A model generated the notes under the pieces. The model searched no databases. It saw nothing but the letters and a program-made list of their open reading frames with translations, and had not been told where the DNA came from. From positions 266,210-330,209 of the forward strand of contig JAHDPO010000007.1 in NCBI GenBank assembly GCA_018434325.1: a stretch of 64,000 nt of DNA, written 5' to 3'. This stretch comes from Clostridia bacterium (lineage in GTDB: Bacteria; Bacillota; Peptococcia; DRI-13; UBA5745). This document shows, in pieces, positions 18,841 through 30,125 of the stretch. The translations under genes were made by a program, and so were the position numbers. Each line of letters starts with the position of its first letter. The stretch's first letter is position 1.

Positions 18841-18857
18841 AAGCGCGCTTTTTGCCA

Positions 18858-18895
18858 TAAAAAAATCTACCGGCATAGTCGGTAGATTTTTTTAT
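18858..18895. terminator. Bidirectional intrinsic terminator (opuA-like operon and the ArsR gene converge here)
   Basis: A6-AAATCTACCG-gcatagt-CGGTAGATTT-T7. Confidence 0.7.
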
Positions 18896-18916
18896 GGCAA
18901 AAAGCCGGCGGACTTT

Positions 18917-19327
18917 CTATTTCTCGTCGCCGCAGTGCTTGCGGCCTGCCGGAGTGGGGCATTTGATCATAAAAATATCATCGACAATCTTATGAACCAG
19001 CTCGGCTTCGGCCGTATCGGCCAAGGTATAATGAATCTCTTTACCGATGCGGCGATTGCTGATCAAACCGGAATGCTTCAGCATTTTTAAATGGTGCGAT
19101 ACCGCAGGGGCGCTCATATTGATGGCGGCAGCTATGTTGCAGACGCATTGCTCGCTGTGGCATAGAATCCAGAGGATCCTCAGCCTGGTGCTGTCGCTGA
19201 TCAGCTGAAAAGTCTCCGCCACCCGCTGGAAGGCTCCGCCGCCCGGCATAGACGCCAAAATTTTTTCCGTATCCTGGCCGTGATCATGAGGCAAATAAGC
19301 CCCTTCCGTCGCTGGACTGGTCAACAT
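18917..19327 (-). CDS. ArsR/SmtB-family metalloregulator (CadC-like, alpha3N Cys site)
   Basis: HTH LISDSTRLRILWIL...MSAPAVSHHLKMLKHSGLI; metal site CHSEQCVCNI (CVC as in CadC) plus C-terminal Cys pair. Confidence 0.75.
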   Translation of the reverse strand: MLTSPATEGAYLPHDHGQDTEKILASMPGGGAFQRVAETFQLISDSTRLRILWILCHSEQCVCNIAAAINMSAPAVSHHLKMLKHSGLISNRRIGKEIHYTLADTAEAELVHKIVDDIFMIKCPTPAGRKHCGDEK

Positions 19328-19496
19328 CGGTCCCTCCTATACGTAAGCAAAATGCCGCCCGGCCTAAAATTCCGCCGTCTTTGCAGCTGCCTTTAGTTTA
19401 AGGCTAAAGGCCGGGCTTGTCAATTGCTTCACGCACCAGCCGTGTCCGGGGTCTGCCCCGCTACCCGTCATATCATCCGGGATCTGCCGCGCCGGC

Positions 19497-19769
19497 TTAC
19501 TTCGCCAGCTTATCCAATATTTCATTGACCTCAGCCATCTTGGCCTGCTCCACCAAAGGATCCTCAGAAGCAAAAGCCTCTTTCAGGCAGTGCTCCACAT
19601 GGGCTTTCAGAACCTCCCGGTTGGCTTTGCGCAATATGGACTCCGTAGCCATCAGCTGATTGGAAATATCGATGCAATAGCGATCCTCCTCTACCATTTT
19701 AAGCAGGCCGTCCAGCTGGCCCCGGGCTGTTTTTAACAGCCGGTCAATCATCTCACGTTTCGCCCTCAT
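19497..19769 (-). CDS. csoR: CsoR/RcnR-family copper-sensing repressor
   Basis: 90 aa; Cu(I) ligands in RYCIDISNQ (Cys), HVEHC (His, Cys). Confidence 0.8.
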   Translation of the reverse strand: MRAKREMIDRLLKTARGQLDGLLKMVEEDRYCIDISNQLMATESILRKANREVLKAHVEHCLKEAFASEDPLVEQAKMAEVNEILDKLAK

Positions 19770-19793
19770 TACTCATCCCCTCTATTCACCATA

Positions 19794-22484
<2,691 letters not shown>

Positions 22485-22505
22485 AAAAACTCACCTCGCC
22501 TCTTA

Positions 22506-22525
22506 ACACCCCTCGGGGGTGGTGT
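22506..22525 (-). promoter_or_regulatory. Candidate CsoR operator (GC-rich palindrome) in the copA promoter region
   Basis: ACACCCCTCGGGGGTGGTGT, a pseudo-palindrome of the CsoR-box type (CCC-N-GGG core) 22 nt upstream of copA ATG. A -35 TTGACA (comp. 22555-22560) lies nearby. Confidence 0.45.
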
Positions 22526-22569
22526 ATATATACTATGACATTTATTTTATTCTTTGTCAATAGACAAAA

Positions 22570-22598
22570 TTGCATTCCCTAAAATACTATGCTATAAT
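22570..22598 (+). promoter_or_regulatory. Sigma-A promoter (TTGCAT-17-TATAAT) for the Mn riboswitch-mntP transcript
   Basis: TTGCAT 22570-22575, TATAAT 22593-22598. Confidence 0.6.
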
Positions 22599-22603
22599 AA
22601 CCC

Positions 22604-22749
22604 CAGTCCATGAGGGAGTAGTTTGCGCCGGCGGCGTTGTAAGTCAACATGCTGATCAGATTCTCAGGCTGGTCTGAGACTTGATCTGGCTTACAGTAAA
22701 AAACAAGACTCATGTACAGTGCTTCACTGTACATGAGTCTAATTATTTT
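22604..22749 (+). ncRNA. yybP-ykoY (Mn2+) riboswitch with terminator expression platform
   Basis: Conserved blocks GAGGGAGUAG, UUGUAAGUCAACAUG and CAGGCUGG...UGAGAC. Followed by terminator AGACTCATGTACAGTG-cttc-ACTGTACATGAGTCT + AATTATTTT (22706-22749). Sits directly 5' of mntP. Confidence 0.7.
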
Positions 22750-22790
22750 GCATATAAATTGCTAATGATGATATGAGGAGGCAATATTAA

Positions 22791-23351
22791 ATGAAACTTT
22801 GGGAGTTGTTTTTGGTAGCCGTAGCCTTATCGATGGACGCATTTGCTGTTTCCATCTGCAAGGGCTTATCCATGCAAAGAGCCGATATAAAAAATGCTGT
22901 TTTAGTCGGCGGCTATTTCGGCATATTTCAAGGATTGATGCCTTTGATCGGCTATTTCCTCGGCTCTCAGTTTTCCGATAAGATTGTAGCCTTCGATCAC
23001 TGGATAGCATTCGTCTTGCTTGGTCTCATCGGCAGCAAGATGATTAAAGAAAGCCTGGATTCCCATCAGGAGGGGGAATCCTGTAATTTATCCTTTGGCG
23101 CTATGCTGCCCTTAGCTATAGCCACCAGCATCGACGCCCTGGTAGTCGGCCTTACTTTTTCTTTGCTGGAGGTCAATATCCTGCCGGCTGTAATCTTTAT
23201 CGGCGTTATTACTTTCATCCTGTCGGCTCTCGGCGTCAAGGTCGGCAATATTTTTGGCTGCAGGTTTAAGGCCAAGGCGGAGTTTGCCGGCGGTTTTATC
23301 CTGATCCTGATCGGATTGAAAATTTTGCTGGAGCATTTGATGCATCCCTGA
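22791..23351 (+). CDS. mntP: Manganese efflux pump MntP
   Basis: 186 aa, 6 [24 protein letters not shown]... typical MntP/YebN start with a duplicated DUF204 half. Confidence 0.85.
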   Translation: MKLWELFLVAVALSMDAFAVSICKGLSMQRADIKNAVLVGGYFGIFQGLMPLIGYFLGSQFSDKIVAFDHWIAFVLLGLIGSKMIKESLDSHQEGESCNLSFGAMLPLAIATSIDALVVGLTFSLLEVNILPAVIFIGVITFILSALGVKVGNIFGCRFKAKAEFAGGFILILIGLKILLEHLMHP

Positions 23352-23431
23352 TGGCGCCACGGCTTTCCGCTTTAAGCAAATCTTAAGCTTTTATCCGCGA
23401 TTTTTAATAGTCCTTACCCGAAAATTTTAAT

Positions 23432-23478
23432 TTCTCCTTGCTACAATCAAAGTAATCCAAGCAAGGAGGAATTTTTTT
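23432..23478 (+). terminator. Intrinsic terminator after mntP; its 3' arm contains the Shine-Dalgarno of the next gene
   Basis: TTCTCCTTGCT-N17-AGCAAGGAGGA + T7, ending one nt before ATG 23479. AAGGAGGA (23463-23470) is the SD of the glycosyltransferase. Confidence 0.6.
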
Positions 23479-24663
23479 ATGCTTACCGAAATAAAGGCTG
23501 CGCCTATTATGGCCAAGCCAAAACTATTAATCCTGACCTGCCGCTTTGGTATGGGCCATTATTCAGCAGCGGCCAGCCTTGCCGAAGACATCCTGACTCA
23601 AAACGCCAAGGCTGATGTTATGATCTGCGATATTTACGAAAAAGCTTTTCCCCGGGCTTGCCCGGCCATTTATGAAGCTTACTCTTTGCTGGCCGGTAAA
23701 GGCTGGGCTATATACAACCTGGCTTACCAAAAAACCACGGCCGCCCGGCAGTCGGGCAATAATAGCGGCCACAGCCAGCTCCGCCGCCTTTTGCTAAAAG
23801 CCTTGTCTAATGTTATTGAAGAATTTCAGCCGGATATTATCATCTCTACATACTCTTTATGCTCCATGCTGACTTCCTGCTATAAAGCCGGCTCCAAAAG
23901 CTCCATTCCTTTGATTACCTATATTACGGATATAACCAGCCATAATGTCTGGATCAATGATTATACCGATTATTATTTCGTAGCCGATAAAACCACCCGC
24001 CAGTCGTTGATCGGCCAAGGCGTAGCCGCCCGCAAGATCGTCGTCAGCGGCATCCCGGTAAGAATGGAATTCAAGAATCCTGCGGCCCGGGATTACACTG
24101 CCGCTGCGGCAAAGAGAGAGCTGCTGATCATGGGGGGCGGCCTGGGAATTTTACCGGAAAACCGGGATTTTTATCTCCGCTTAAACGAGGAACCCGGCCT
24201 CCATACCACGATCATCACGGGAAAAAACCGGCGCTTATATAAAAAACTGGCGGGAAAGTATGATAATATTACCGTTTTAGGCTATACCGATGAAGTATAC
24301 CGTTATATGAGCCAAGCCCATCTTCTGCTTTCCAAGCCGGGAGGCATCACCTTATTTGAAGCCATTTATGCCGGACTGCCGATAGCTTCCTTTACCCCAT
24401 TATTAAAGCAGGAGATCGCCAACGGCGCTTTTATCCGGGACAAAGGCCTGGGCATCTTGCTGGACAAAAACCCCGCTAAGGCCGCCACAGCATTGATTGA
24501 GCTGCTTAAGGATAAAAAAGCCCTGGAGAATATGCAAAAAAATATGGAGCGATTGAAAGCCGGCATACAAACCGATGATCTGTTCAGTCTGCTGGCCGGC
24601 CTGGCAGCTGCCAATGCTTTCGGCCGCCAGGAAAACCCCGACCTGGAGGCCTTAGCATGTTAA
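23479..24663 (+). CDS. MGDG-synthase/UgtP-like diacylglycerol glycosyltransferase (GT28-like N-domain + GT1 C-domain)
   Basis: KLLILTCRFGMGHYSAAASLAEDI (MGDG_synth N-domain signature); C-terminal PGGITLFEAIYAGLP. The start could alternatively be Met-11 (23509). Confidence 0.7.
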   Translation: MLTEIKAAPIMAKPKLLILTCRFGMGHYSAAASLAEDILTQNAKADVMICDIYEKAFPRACPAIYEAYSLLAGKGWAIYNLAYQKTTAARQSGNNSGHSQLRRLLLKALSNVIEEFQPDIIISTYSLCSMLTSCYKAGSKSSIPLITYITDITSHNVWINDYTDYYFVADKTTRQSLIGQGVAARKIVVSGIPVRMEFKNPAARDYTAAAAKRELLIMGGGLGILPENRDFYLRLNEEPGLHTTIITGKNRRLYKKLAGKYDNITVLGYTDEVYRYMSQAHLLLSKPGGITLFEAIYAGLPIASFTPLLKQEIANGAFIRDKGLGILLDKNPAKAATALIELLKDKKALENMQKNMERLKAGIQTDDLFSLLAGLAAANAFGRQENPDLEALAC

Positions 24664-25388
24664 AGGGCTTGTTGATTCTTTTTATCCTGCCCTTAATTTT
24701 CTGGATTAGCTATTGTCTGCTGCCTACCCTTTGGCACAAAAGGTTGAAAAGCCATAGCCTGTCTATTGGACAAGCTCCCATCAGGCCCTTGCTTTTGACC
24801 TTCGACGACGGGCCGGACCAACGGTATACGGCTGAGCTTCTGGATCTGCTGCGCAAGGAACAGGTTAAAGCTTTGTTTTTTATCCTGCTGGATAAAGCAA
24901 CGGCCCGGCCGGAGCTGGTAGACCGCATTCTGGCCGAAGGCCACCAGCTGGGGCTCCATGGCCTCGACCACAAATCCATGTGGCTGATGCATCCGGCGGA
25001 AGTAAAAGACAGGTTTGACCGGGCCTGCCGGTTGTGCCGCCGCCAGGGCTGGCGACCTATATACTATCGTCCTCCTCACGGCCAAGTAAACTTATTTACG
25101 ATTGCCGCCGCAAAAAAAGCCGGTTTCATCCCCATGTTTTGGACGGCCATGGCCCAGGACTGGCAGCGGCAGGCTTCCGCCTTTTCTATTTATGAAAAGT
25201 TGAAAAAACGCTGTAAACCAGGGACGGTGATCTGCCTGCACGACTCCGGCCAAGGCAGCGGCGGTACTATCCATGGCCCGGCCAAAACTATAGAGGCTTT
25301 ACGCCGTTTTCTCCCTGAGGCCAAAGAACAGGGCTACACCTTTATAACGCCTCAACAGAAAAATTTCGTTATAACGGAAGGATCATAA
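24657..25388 (+). CDS. Polysaccharide deacetylase (NodB homology domain, CE4)
   Basis: LLLTFDDGPDQRYTAELLDLLRKEQVKALFF; His motifs HGLDH. Confidence 0.75.
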   Translation: MLKGLLILFILPLIFWISYCLLPTLWHKRLKSHSLSIGQAPIRPLLLTFDDGPDQRYTAELLDLLRKEQVKALFFILLDKATARPELVDRILAEGHQLGLHGLDHKSMWLMHPAEVKDRFDRACRLCRRQGWRPIYYRPPHGQVNLFTIAAAKKAGFIPMFWTAMAQDWQRQASAFSIYEKLKKRCKPGTVICLHDSGQGSGGTIHGPAKTIEALRRFLPEAKEQGYTFITPQQKNFVITEGS

Positions 25389-25390
25389 AC

Positions 25391-26443
25391 ATGCCAAGCG
25401 CTTCCTCATTATTCAAAAAACCCCGCTATCTCTGGAGCGGTCTGCTCTTTTTAATTTTACTCAGCCTGACTTTTACAGCTATTACAAGAGATCTTGATTT
25501 GGATCTGCTGCGGCAGGTTATTCCCCGGTTAAATCCCTGGTATTTCTTTTCAGGCCTATTGGTGATGCTGGCTTTCTTCGGCTGCCAGGCATTAAATTAT
25601 CGCTGCCTGCTGATGTCGCTGGGTCAGCCTGCTTCCTTCTTAAGCTGCTTAAAATACTCCTTCATCGATTTTTATTTCAGCGGCGTCACCCCTGCCACCA
25701 TGGCGGGCCAGCCGGCGCAGCTTGTCTATATGGCCAAAGACGGCATCAATCTGGGAGCCTCCTCTCTGACCTTGCTGCTCTTTAACATGTCCTATCATTT
25801 AGGTATTTTACTGCTGACCCTGGCCGCCTTTCTTTTCCGGGGCTTTCGGCTTTTTGCCGGCATTGGTCTTTTGAAATATACGGCCTTCCTGGGGATCGTC
25901 GTCCATGTTTTTCTGATGCTGCTTTTTTTGACGGCTATTTTCCAGGCCGATTGGCTGGAAAAGCCGGCCGCTCATCTTATCCCCCTTTTGGCCCGCTTTA
26001 AGCTGATTAAAAATCCGGCGAAAACCAAAGAACATCTGCGGCAGCAACTGGAAGAATACCGGCAAGGAGCCCAATATATCAAAGAACATCCGGGCATGCT
26101 GCTGCAATTGCTTTTTCTAACCGTTTGCCATTTGGTATTTTTCTTGGTTGTACCTTATTTTGCTTATCGAGCCTTTGGTTTTACCGGCTCTTCACCGCTG
26201 GAGATCATGGTTGCCCAGCTATTGCTGACCCTGACGGTGGAATCTTTACCTCTGCCGGGAGGCTTAGGCGTAGCGGAAGCCGGCTTTCTTCTGCTTTATG
26301 GTCCGATTTTTGGCTTGCTGCTCACACCGGCATTATTGGTCTGCCGGGGCCTCAACTATTACCTGCCGCTTTTGGCCGGCGCCGGCGTCGCCGGCATTAC
26401 CAGCCTGCGCAGCAATATAAAAAATATCGTGCATATCAATTGA
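25391..26443 (+). CDS. Flippase-like / lysylphosphatidylglycerol-synthase-TM-region family membrane protein (UPF0104)
   Basis: ~8 TM; C-terminal LPLPGGLGVAEAGF motif typical of UPF0104/LPG_synthase_TM. Confidence 0.5.
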   Translation: MPSASSLFKKPRYLWSGLLFLILLSLTFTAITRDLDLDLLRQVIPRLNPWYFFSGLLVMLAFFGCQALNYRCLLMSLGQPASFLSCLKYSFIDFYFSGVTPATMAGQPAQLVYMAKDGINLGASSLTLLLFNMSYHLGILLLTLAAFLFRGFRLFAGIGLLKYTAFLGIVVHVFLMLLFLTAIFQADWLEKPAAHLIPLLARFKLIKNPAKTKEHLRQQLEEYRQGAQYIKEHPGMLLQLLFLTVCHLVFFLVVPYFAYRAFGFTGSSPLEIMVAQLLLTLTVESLPLPGGLGVAEAGFLLLYGPIFGLLLTPALLVCRGLNYYLPLLAGAGVAGITSLRSNIKNIVHIN

Positions 26444-26460
26444 TTACACGTCATTACCTA

Positions 26461-26504
26461 AAAAAACTTCCCCTTGGGCTTTTTGCCCGGGGGAAGTTTT
26501 TTTA
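26461..26504. terminator. Bidirectional intrinsic terminator
   Basis: A6-CTTCCCC-ttgggctttttgcccgg-GGGGAAG-T8, between convergent operons. Confidence 0.7.
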
Positions 26505-26527
26505 TCTTTATTATTGCATTTTATTTG

Positions 26528-27466
26528 CTATTTGGCAATCAGGCCTTTTTCCTGCAGGAATTCTTTAATCACCACATTGACGTCCTTGCCTTCCACGTCT
26601 ACGGCATAGGTCAGATCCGTCATGACTTCACTGGGGAAAAGGCCGCCCAGCTTATTCAGCACTTCTTCCAGATTGGGAGCCACTTCCTTCATCTCTTCAA
26701 ACAGAGCTTCCCGCACTAAAACGGCGCCATTATACTCCGGGAAGAAGCCCTTGTCGTCGACCAGTGTTTTCATGTTGGACTTGCGGTTGAGGCCGTCGGT
26801 GGCATAAACGACGGTCACATCAATATTGCCGCTATCTACCGCCGAATACTTAAGACCGATATCGATTTGCTTCGCTTCTTTAAAGTTCAGACCGTAAAAC
26901 TCCGTCAAGGGGTTAAACTTGGCGCTGCCTTCCTCAGTGAAGAAATCATGCTCGGCCCCAAAGACCAGCTCACCTGCCACCTGGGCCAGATCGCTGACGG
27001 TTTCCATCTTGTACTTCTCATAAACTGCCGGAGCTACGCCTAAAACATAGGTATTATTGAGGCCCAGCTTATCCAGCAGCCTAACTCCCTCATCCTTGGC
27101 CTCTTCGTTGACAAAATCATAGAGATTCTTCCCCTCCGGTACATCCGAGGGATCCAAATGCAAGAATGTGGTGAGGAGAGTGCCGTCGTAGCTGTTCATC
27201 AAATCGGCGTCTCCTTTGATAATAGTATTGTAACTATTGACGGGAGCCATTTCTTCCCTGATCTCCACTTTGGCGTCTGTGTGCTCTTCAACCAGCAGCT
27301 TAACCGCCCTGTGCACCAGCCACATTTCGGAAAACTGTCCATCGTAGATGATGATCGTATCCTTTTTGCCGCCGGCTTGAGGAGCAGATCCTCCACAGCC
27401 GGCCAGCATAAGCAGCATCGCTGCACATAAGCATACCGACAGCCATTTCATCATGTTCTTCTTCAT
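26528..27466 (-). CDS. Osmoprotectant (choline/carnitine/glycine betaine) ABC transporter substrate-binding lipoprotein (OpuCC/OpuBC-like)
   Basis: Lipobox LMLAGCGGS; OpuAC-superfamily fold. Confidence 0.8.
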   Translation of the reverse strand: MKKNMMKWLSVCLCAAMLLMLAGCGGSAPQAGGKKDTIIIYDGQFSEMWLVHRAVKLLVEEHTDAKVEIREEMAPVNSYNTIIKGDADLMNSYDGTLLTTFLHLDPSDVPEGKNLYDFVNEEAKDEGVRLLDKLGLNNTYVLGVAPAVYEKYKMETVSDLAQVAGELVFGAEHDFFTEEGSAKFNPLTEFYGLNFKEAKQIDIGLKYSAVDSGNIDVTVVYATDGLNRKSNMKTLVDDKGFFPEYNGAVLVREALFEEMKEVAPNLEEVLNKLGGLFPSEVMTDLTYAVDVEGKDVNVVIKEFLQEKGLIAK

Positions 27467-27492
27467 CGTATCCCTTCCTTTCCTGTTGATAT

Positions 27493-28101
27493 TTATATGG
27501 TTTTGCGGGGGGAAAAACGGCGATATAGGCGCTTTTCAATGTGAGACATTATACCGTCGCAGCCCACCGCCATTACCATCAACGCTAACGTGCCGGACAT
27601 GATCATCGTCATGTTGGAAACCCGGATACCCCGATAAATCAAACTGCCCAAGCCGCCGCCGCCTACGAAAGTGGCAAACACCGCCGTACCAACCGAGGTA
27701 ACGGCAGCAATTCTGATGCCCGTAAAAATCAGCGGAAAAGCAATAGGCATCTCCACATGCCACAGGCGGTACAGCTTCGTCATGCCCATGCCCTGAGCCA
27801 CCTCTTTGATGGCCGGATCCACTTCGCTTAAGCCCACGTAAGTATTTTGTACCACCGGCAGCAGCGAATAAAGCAGCAGGCCGATGACCACCGTAGCCTT
27901 GCCGGCTCCCAGGAAAACCATGATAATGCCCAAAAGCGCCAGGGCCGGCATAGTTTGCAGCACCTCTACAACCCAGAGAATGATCTTGCGGACGCTTTTG
28001 TAAAAATAGGCCAGAATGCCCAAAGGCACACCGATAATAATCGTCAAGGCCACAGCTGCCAGCACCAGATAAAGGTGGCTCATAATCATGTCGAGGGTCA
28101 T
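27493..28101 (-). CDS. ABC transporter permease (OpuCD/OpuBD-like)
   Basis: BPD_transp_1, 5-6 TM. Confidence 0.8.
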   Translation of the reverse strand: MTLDMIMSHLYLVLAAVALTIIIGVPLGILAYFYKSVRKIILWVVEVLQTMPALALLGIIMVFLGAGKATVVIGLLLYSLLPVVQNTYVGLSEVDPAIKEVAQGMGMTKLYRLWHVEMPIAFPLIFTGIRIAAVTSVGTAVFATFVGGGGLGSLIYRGIRVSNMTMIMSGTLALMVMAVGCDGIMSHIEKRLYRRFSPRKTI

Positions 28102-28736
28102 TTGCTGTCCCTCCTTAATTGCTTCGGAATCAGGGCCTTGCGCAAAAAATCGATGGCCAGACTAAAAAGCAAGGCCATGATCGCCGCCGGTATGGCGCCG
28201 GCAATGATCAAAGCGTTGTTGTTGCTGGAGACGCCGGCATAGATCAGCTCGCCCAAGCCCCCCAAGCCGATCATGGCTGCCAGCACGGCCCAGCTTACGG
28301 TGTATACGGTAGATATCCGCAAGCCTGTAATAATAGAAGGAAGGGCCAGGGGCACTTCCACCTTCATTAAAATCTGGAAAGGCGACATGCCGCAACCTCT
28401 GGCGGCCTCTTTGAAGTTTTCGGAAACATTAATAATGCCTACATAAGTGTTTTTTAATATAGGGAATATGGCATAAATAGTCAGAGCGATAACCACCGTA
28501 GAGGGGACCATACCATTATAGAGAAAAAGCAGGCCGATAAAAACGATGCCGGGGATTGTCTGAAAAACCGATATAACCGGCAGGATAAGATTAGCGCGCT
28601 TAGGCATCCGGGAAAGCAAAATTCCTAAAATAAAAGCGATAACAAAAGCAAAGACCACGGAAACGACCACGTACCAAAAGTGAGTAACGATGGCCGAAGA
28701 TAACCGTTTGCCATAAAGAGCTAAAAAATGGCTCAT
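28098..28736 (-). CDS. ABC transporter permease (OpuCB/OpuBB-like)
   Basis: BPD_transp_1; 4-bp overlaps with its neighbours. Confidence 0.8.
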   Translation of the reverse strand: MSHFLALYGKRLSSAIVTHFWYVVVSVVFAFVIAFILGILLSRMPKRANLILPVISVFQTIPGIVFIGLLFLYNGMVPSTVVIALTIYAIFPILKNTYVGIINVSENFKEAARGCGMSPFQILMKVEVPLALPSIITGLRISTVYTVSWAVLAAMIGLGGLGELIYAGVSSNNNALIIAGAIPAAIMALLFSLAIDFLRKALIPKQLRRDSK

Positions 28737-29854
28737 TGGCTATCCCCCCAGACGGCATCCGCCAGGGATTTAGCCATACTGGTCTTCGTGACGATGCCGG
28801 CAATGGTTCCGTCGTGATTCAGCACCACAACGTAACTATCCTGGCCATTGAGCAGCTTATCGAAACAAATCTGAGCATCCTCATCCACGTAAGATACCGC
28901 ATTTTCCTGGGTGATCAAGGGTTCGATGGTTTTTAAATCCTTGCCGTGATTACGGATGCTTTTGATGGATACCGTGCCGGCATAGGTATCATCAAGGTTC
29001 TTGACCAGCAGGGTATCGACTTTGCGCCGGGCCATCTGCTGAATGGCTTCCCGTACACCCCGGTTGCGATAGCAACTGTAAATATCCGACCGCATAAAAT
29101 CAGCAGCCGTCTGAGGCAAAGCCTCTTGATCTTTTGAGTGCTTGCCCATGAAGCTGCGAATCAAATCGTCGGCGGGATTTTCCAGCATCTCTTCCGGTGC
29201 GGCTATCTGGACAATCTTACCCTTATTCATGAAGATGATTTTGTCGGCCATATTAAGGGCCTCATCCATATCATGGGTCACAAAAACAATGGTTTTGTTT
29301 AATTTTTTTTGGAGCTTGCTGACTTCATCCTGGAGGATGCGGCGGGTCATGGGATCCAAAGCGCCAAAAGGCTCATCCATCAGCACGATAGGCGGTGACG
29401 CGGCTAATGCCCGCAGCACCCCGATCCGCTGCTGCTGGCCGCCGGACATTTCGGAAGGATACTTATGCGCATATTCTTCATAGGGCATATCAACCAAGGC
29501 CAGAAGCTCCCGAACAATCTTATTGCATCTGGCCTTTTCATAATTCAAAAGTTTGGGCACCACAGAAATATTCTGCTCCACCGTCATGTTGGGAAACAAG
29601 CCGATCTGCTGAATAACATACCCGATAGATCGCCGCAGCTTGACCTTATCGATCTGCGAGATATCCTGATCATCAATGAATATCTTCCCCTTGTCCGGCT
29701 CGATCAAACGGTTGATCGTCTTAAGGGTGGTCGTCTTGCCGCAGCCGCTGGGCCCTATCAAGACGGTAAATTCTCCGGTGGCAATCTCCAGATTCAAGTC
29801 GTCCAAAATCAGAGACTCCCCATATCTTTTGCTTACATGTTCAAAACGTATCAT
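28733..29854 (-). CDS. Osmoprotectant ABC transporter ATP-binding protein with tandem CBS domains (OpuCA-like)
   Basis: GPSGCGKTT, SGGQQQRIGVLRA, LMDEPFGALD; C-terminal CBS pair. Confidence 0.9.
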   Translation of the reverse strand: MIRFEHVSKRYGESLILDDLNLEIATGEFTVLIGPSGCGKTTTLKTINRLIEPDKGKIFIDDQDISQIDKVKLRRSIGYVIQQIGLFPNMTVEQNISVVPKLLNYEKARCNKIVRELLALVDMPYEEYAHKYPSEMSGGQQQRIGVLRALAASPPIVLMDEPFGALDPMTRRILQDEVSKLQKKLNKTIVFVTHDMDEALNMADKIIFMNKGKIVQIAAPEEMLENPADDLIRSFMGKHSKDQEALPQTAADFMRSDIYSCYRNRGVREAIQQMARRKVDTLLVKNLDDTYAGTVSIKSIRNHGKDLKTIEPLITQENAVSYVDEDAQICFDKLLNGQDSYVVVLNHDGTIAGIVTKTSMAKSLADAVWGDSQ

Positions 29855-29945
29855 TTATTTCCCCCTCCCGCTCGCGCTCTCTCTTCAACATCTCCTTAAT
29901 CTTTTGCTGGATTCTTAACGGATAATGAATAAACTCATGGAATAA

Positions 29946-29974
29946 GTATAATATAAATAGGAATAAGCTGTCAA
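29946..29974 (-). promoter_or_regulatory. Sigma-A promoter of the opuC-like operon
   Basis: Reverse complement TTGACA (29969-29974), 16-17 nt spacer, ATTATA/TTATAC. Confidence 0.5.
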
Positions 29975-30016
29975 ACCCACAGAGGAAGAATCCTCAGAAA
30001 ACCGCACAGGAATGCG

Positions 30017-30048
30017 AAAAAAACGCTGTATCGGCCAGCGTTTTTTTC
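30017..30048. terminator. Intrinsic terminator (3' of the YdjG-like gene)
   Basis: A7-ACGCTG-tatcggc-CAGCGT-T7. Confidence 0.7.
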
Positions 30049-30125
30049 GTAAATTTTTTTCTATTTCCTGGGAAATAATAGCATTTATTTGCCGATCAGC
30101 AATTTTATTAGTTGCTTACACTATT

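Noticed and set aside
19328-19496. Hairpin GCCTTTAG-tttaagg-CTAAAGGC between csoR and the ArsR gene as a terminator; ORF 19364-19573
   Set aside because: There is no U-tract on either strand, so it is not called an intrinsic terminator. The 69-aa ORF overlaps csoR in another frame and is rejected.
29855-29945. Possible c-di-AMP (ydaO/kimA) riboswitch in the opuC-like leader
   Set aside because: The leader is only ~75 nt from the predicted TSS and lacks the conserved ydaO blocks, so it is too short for that riboswitch class.
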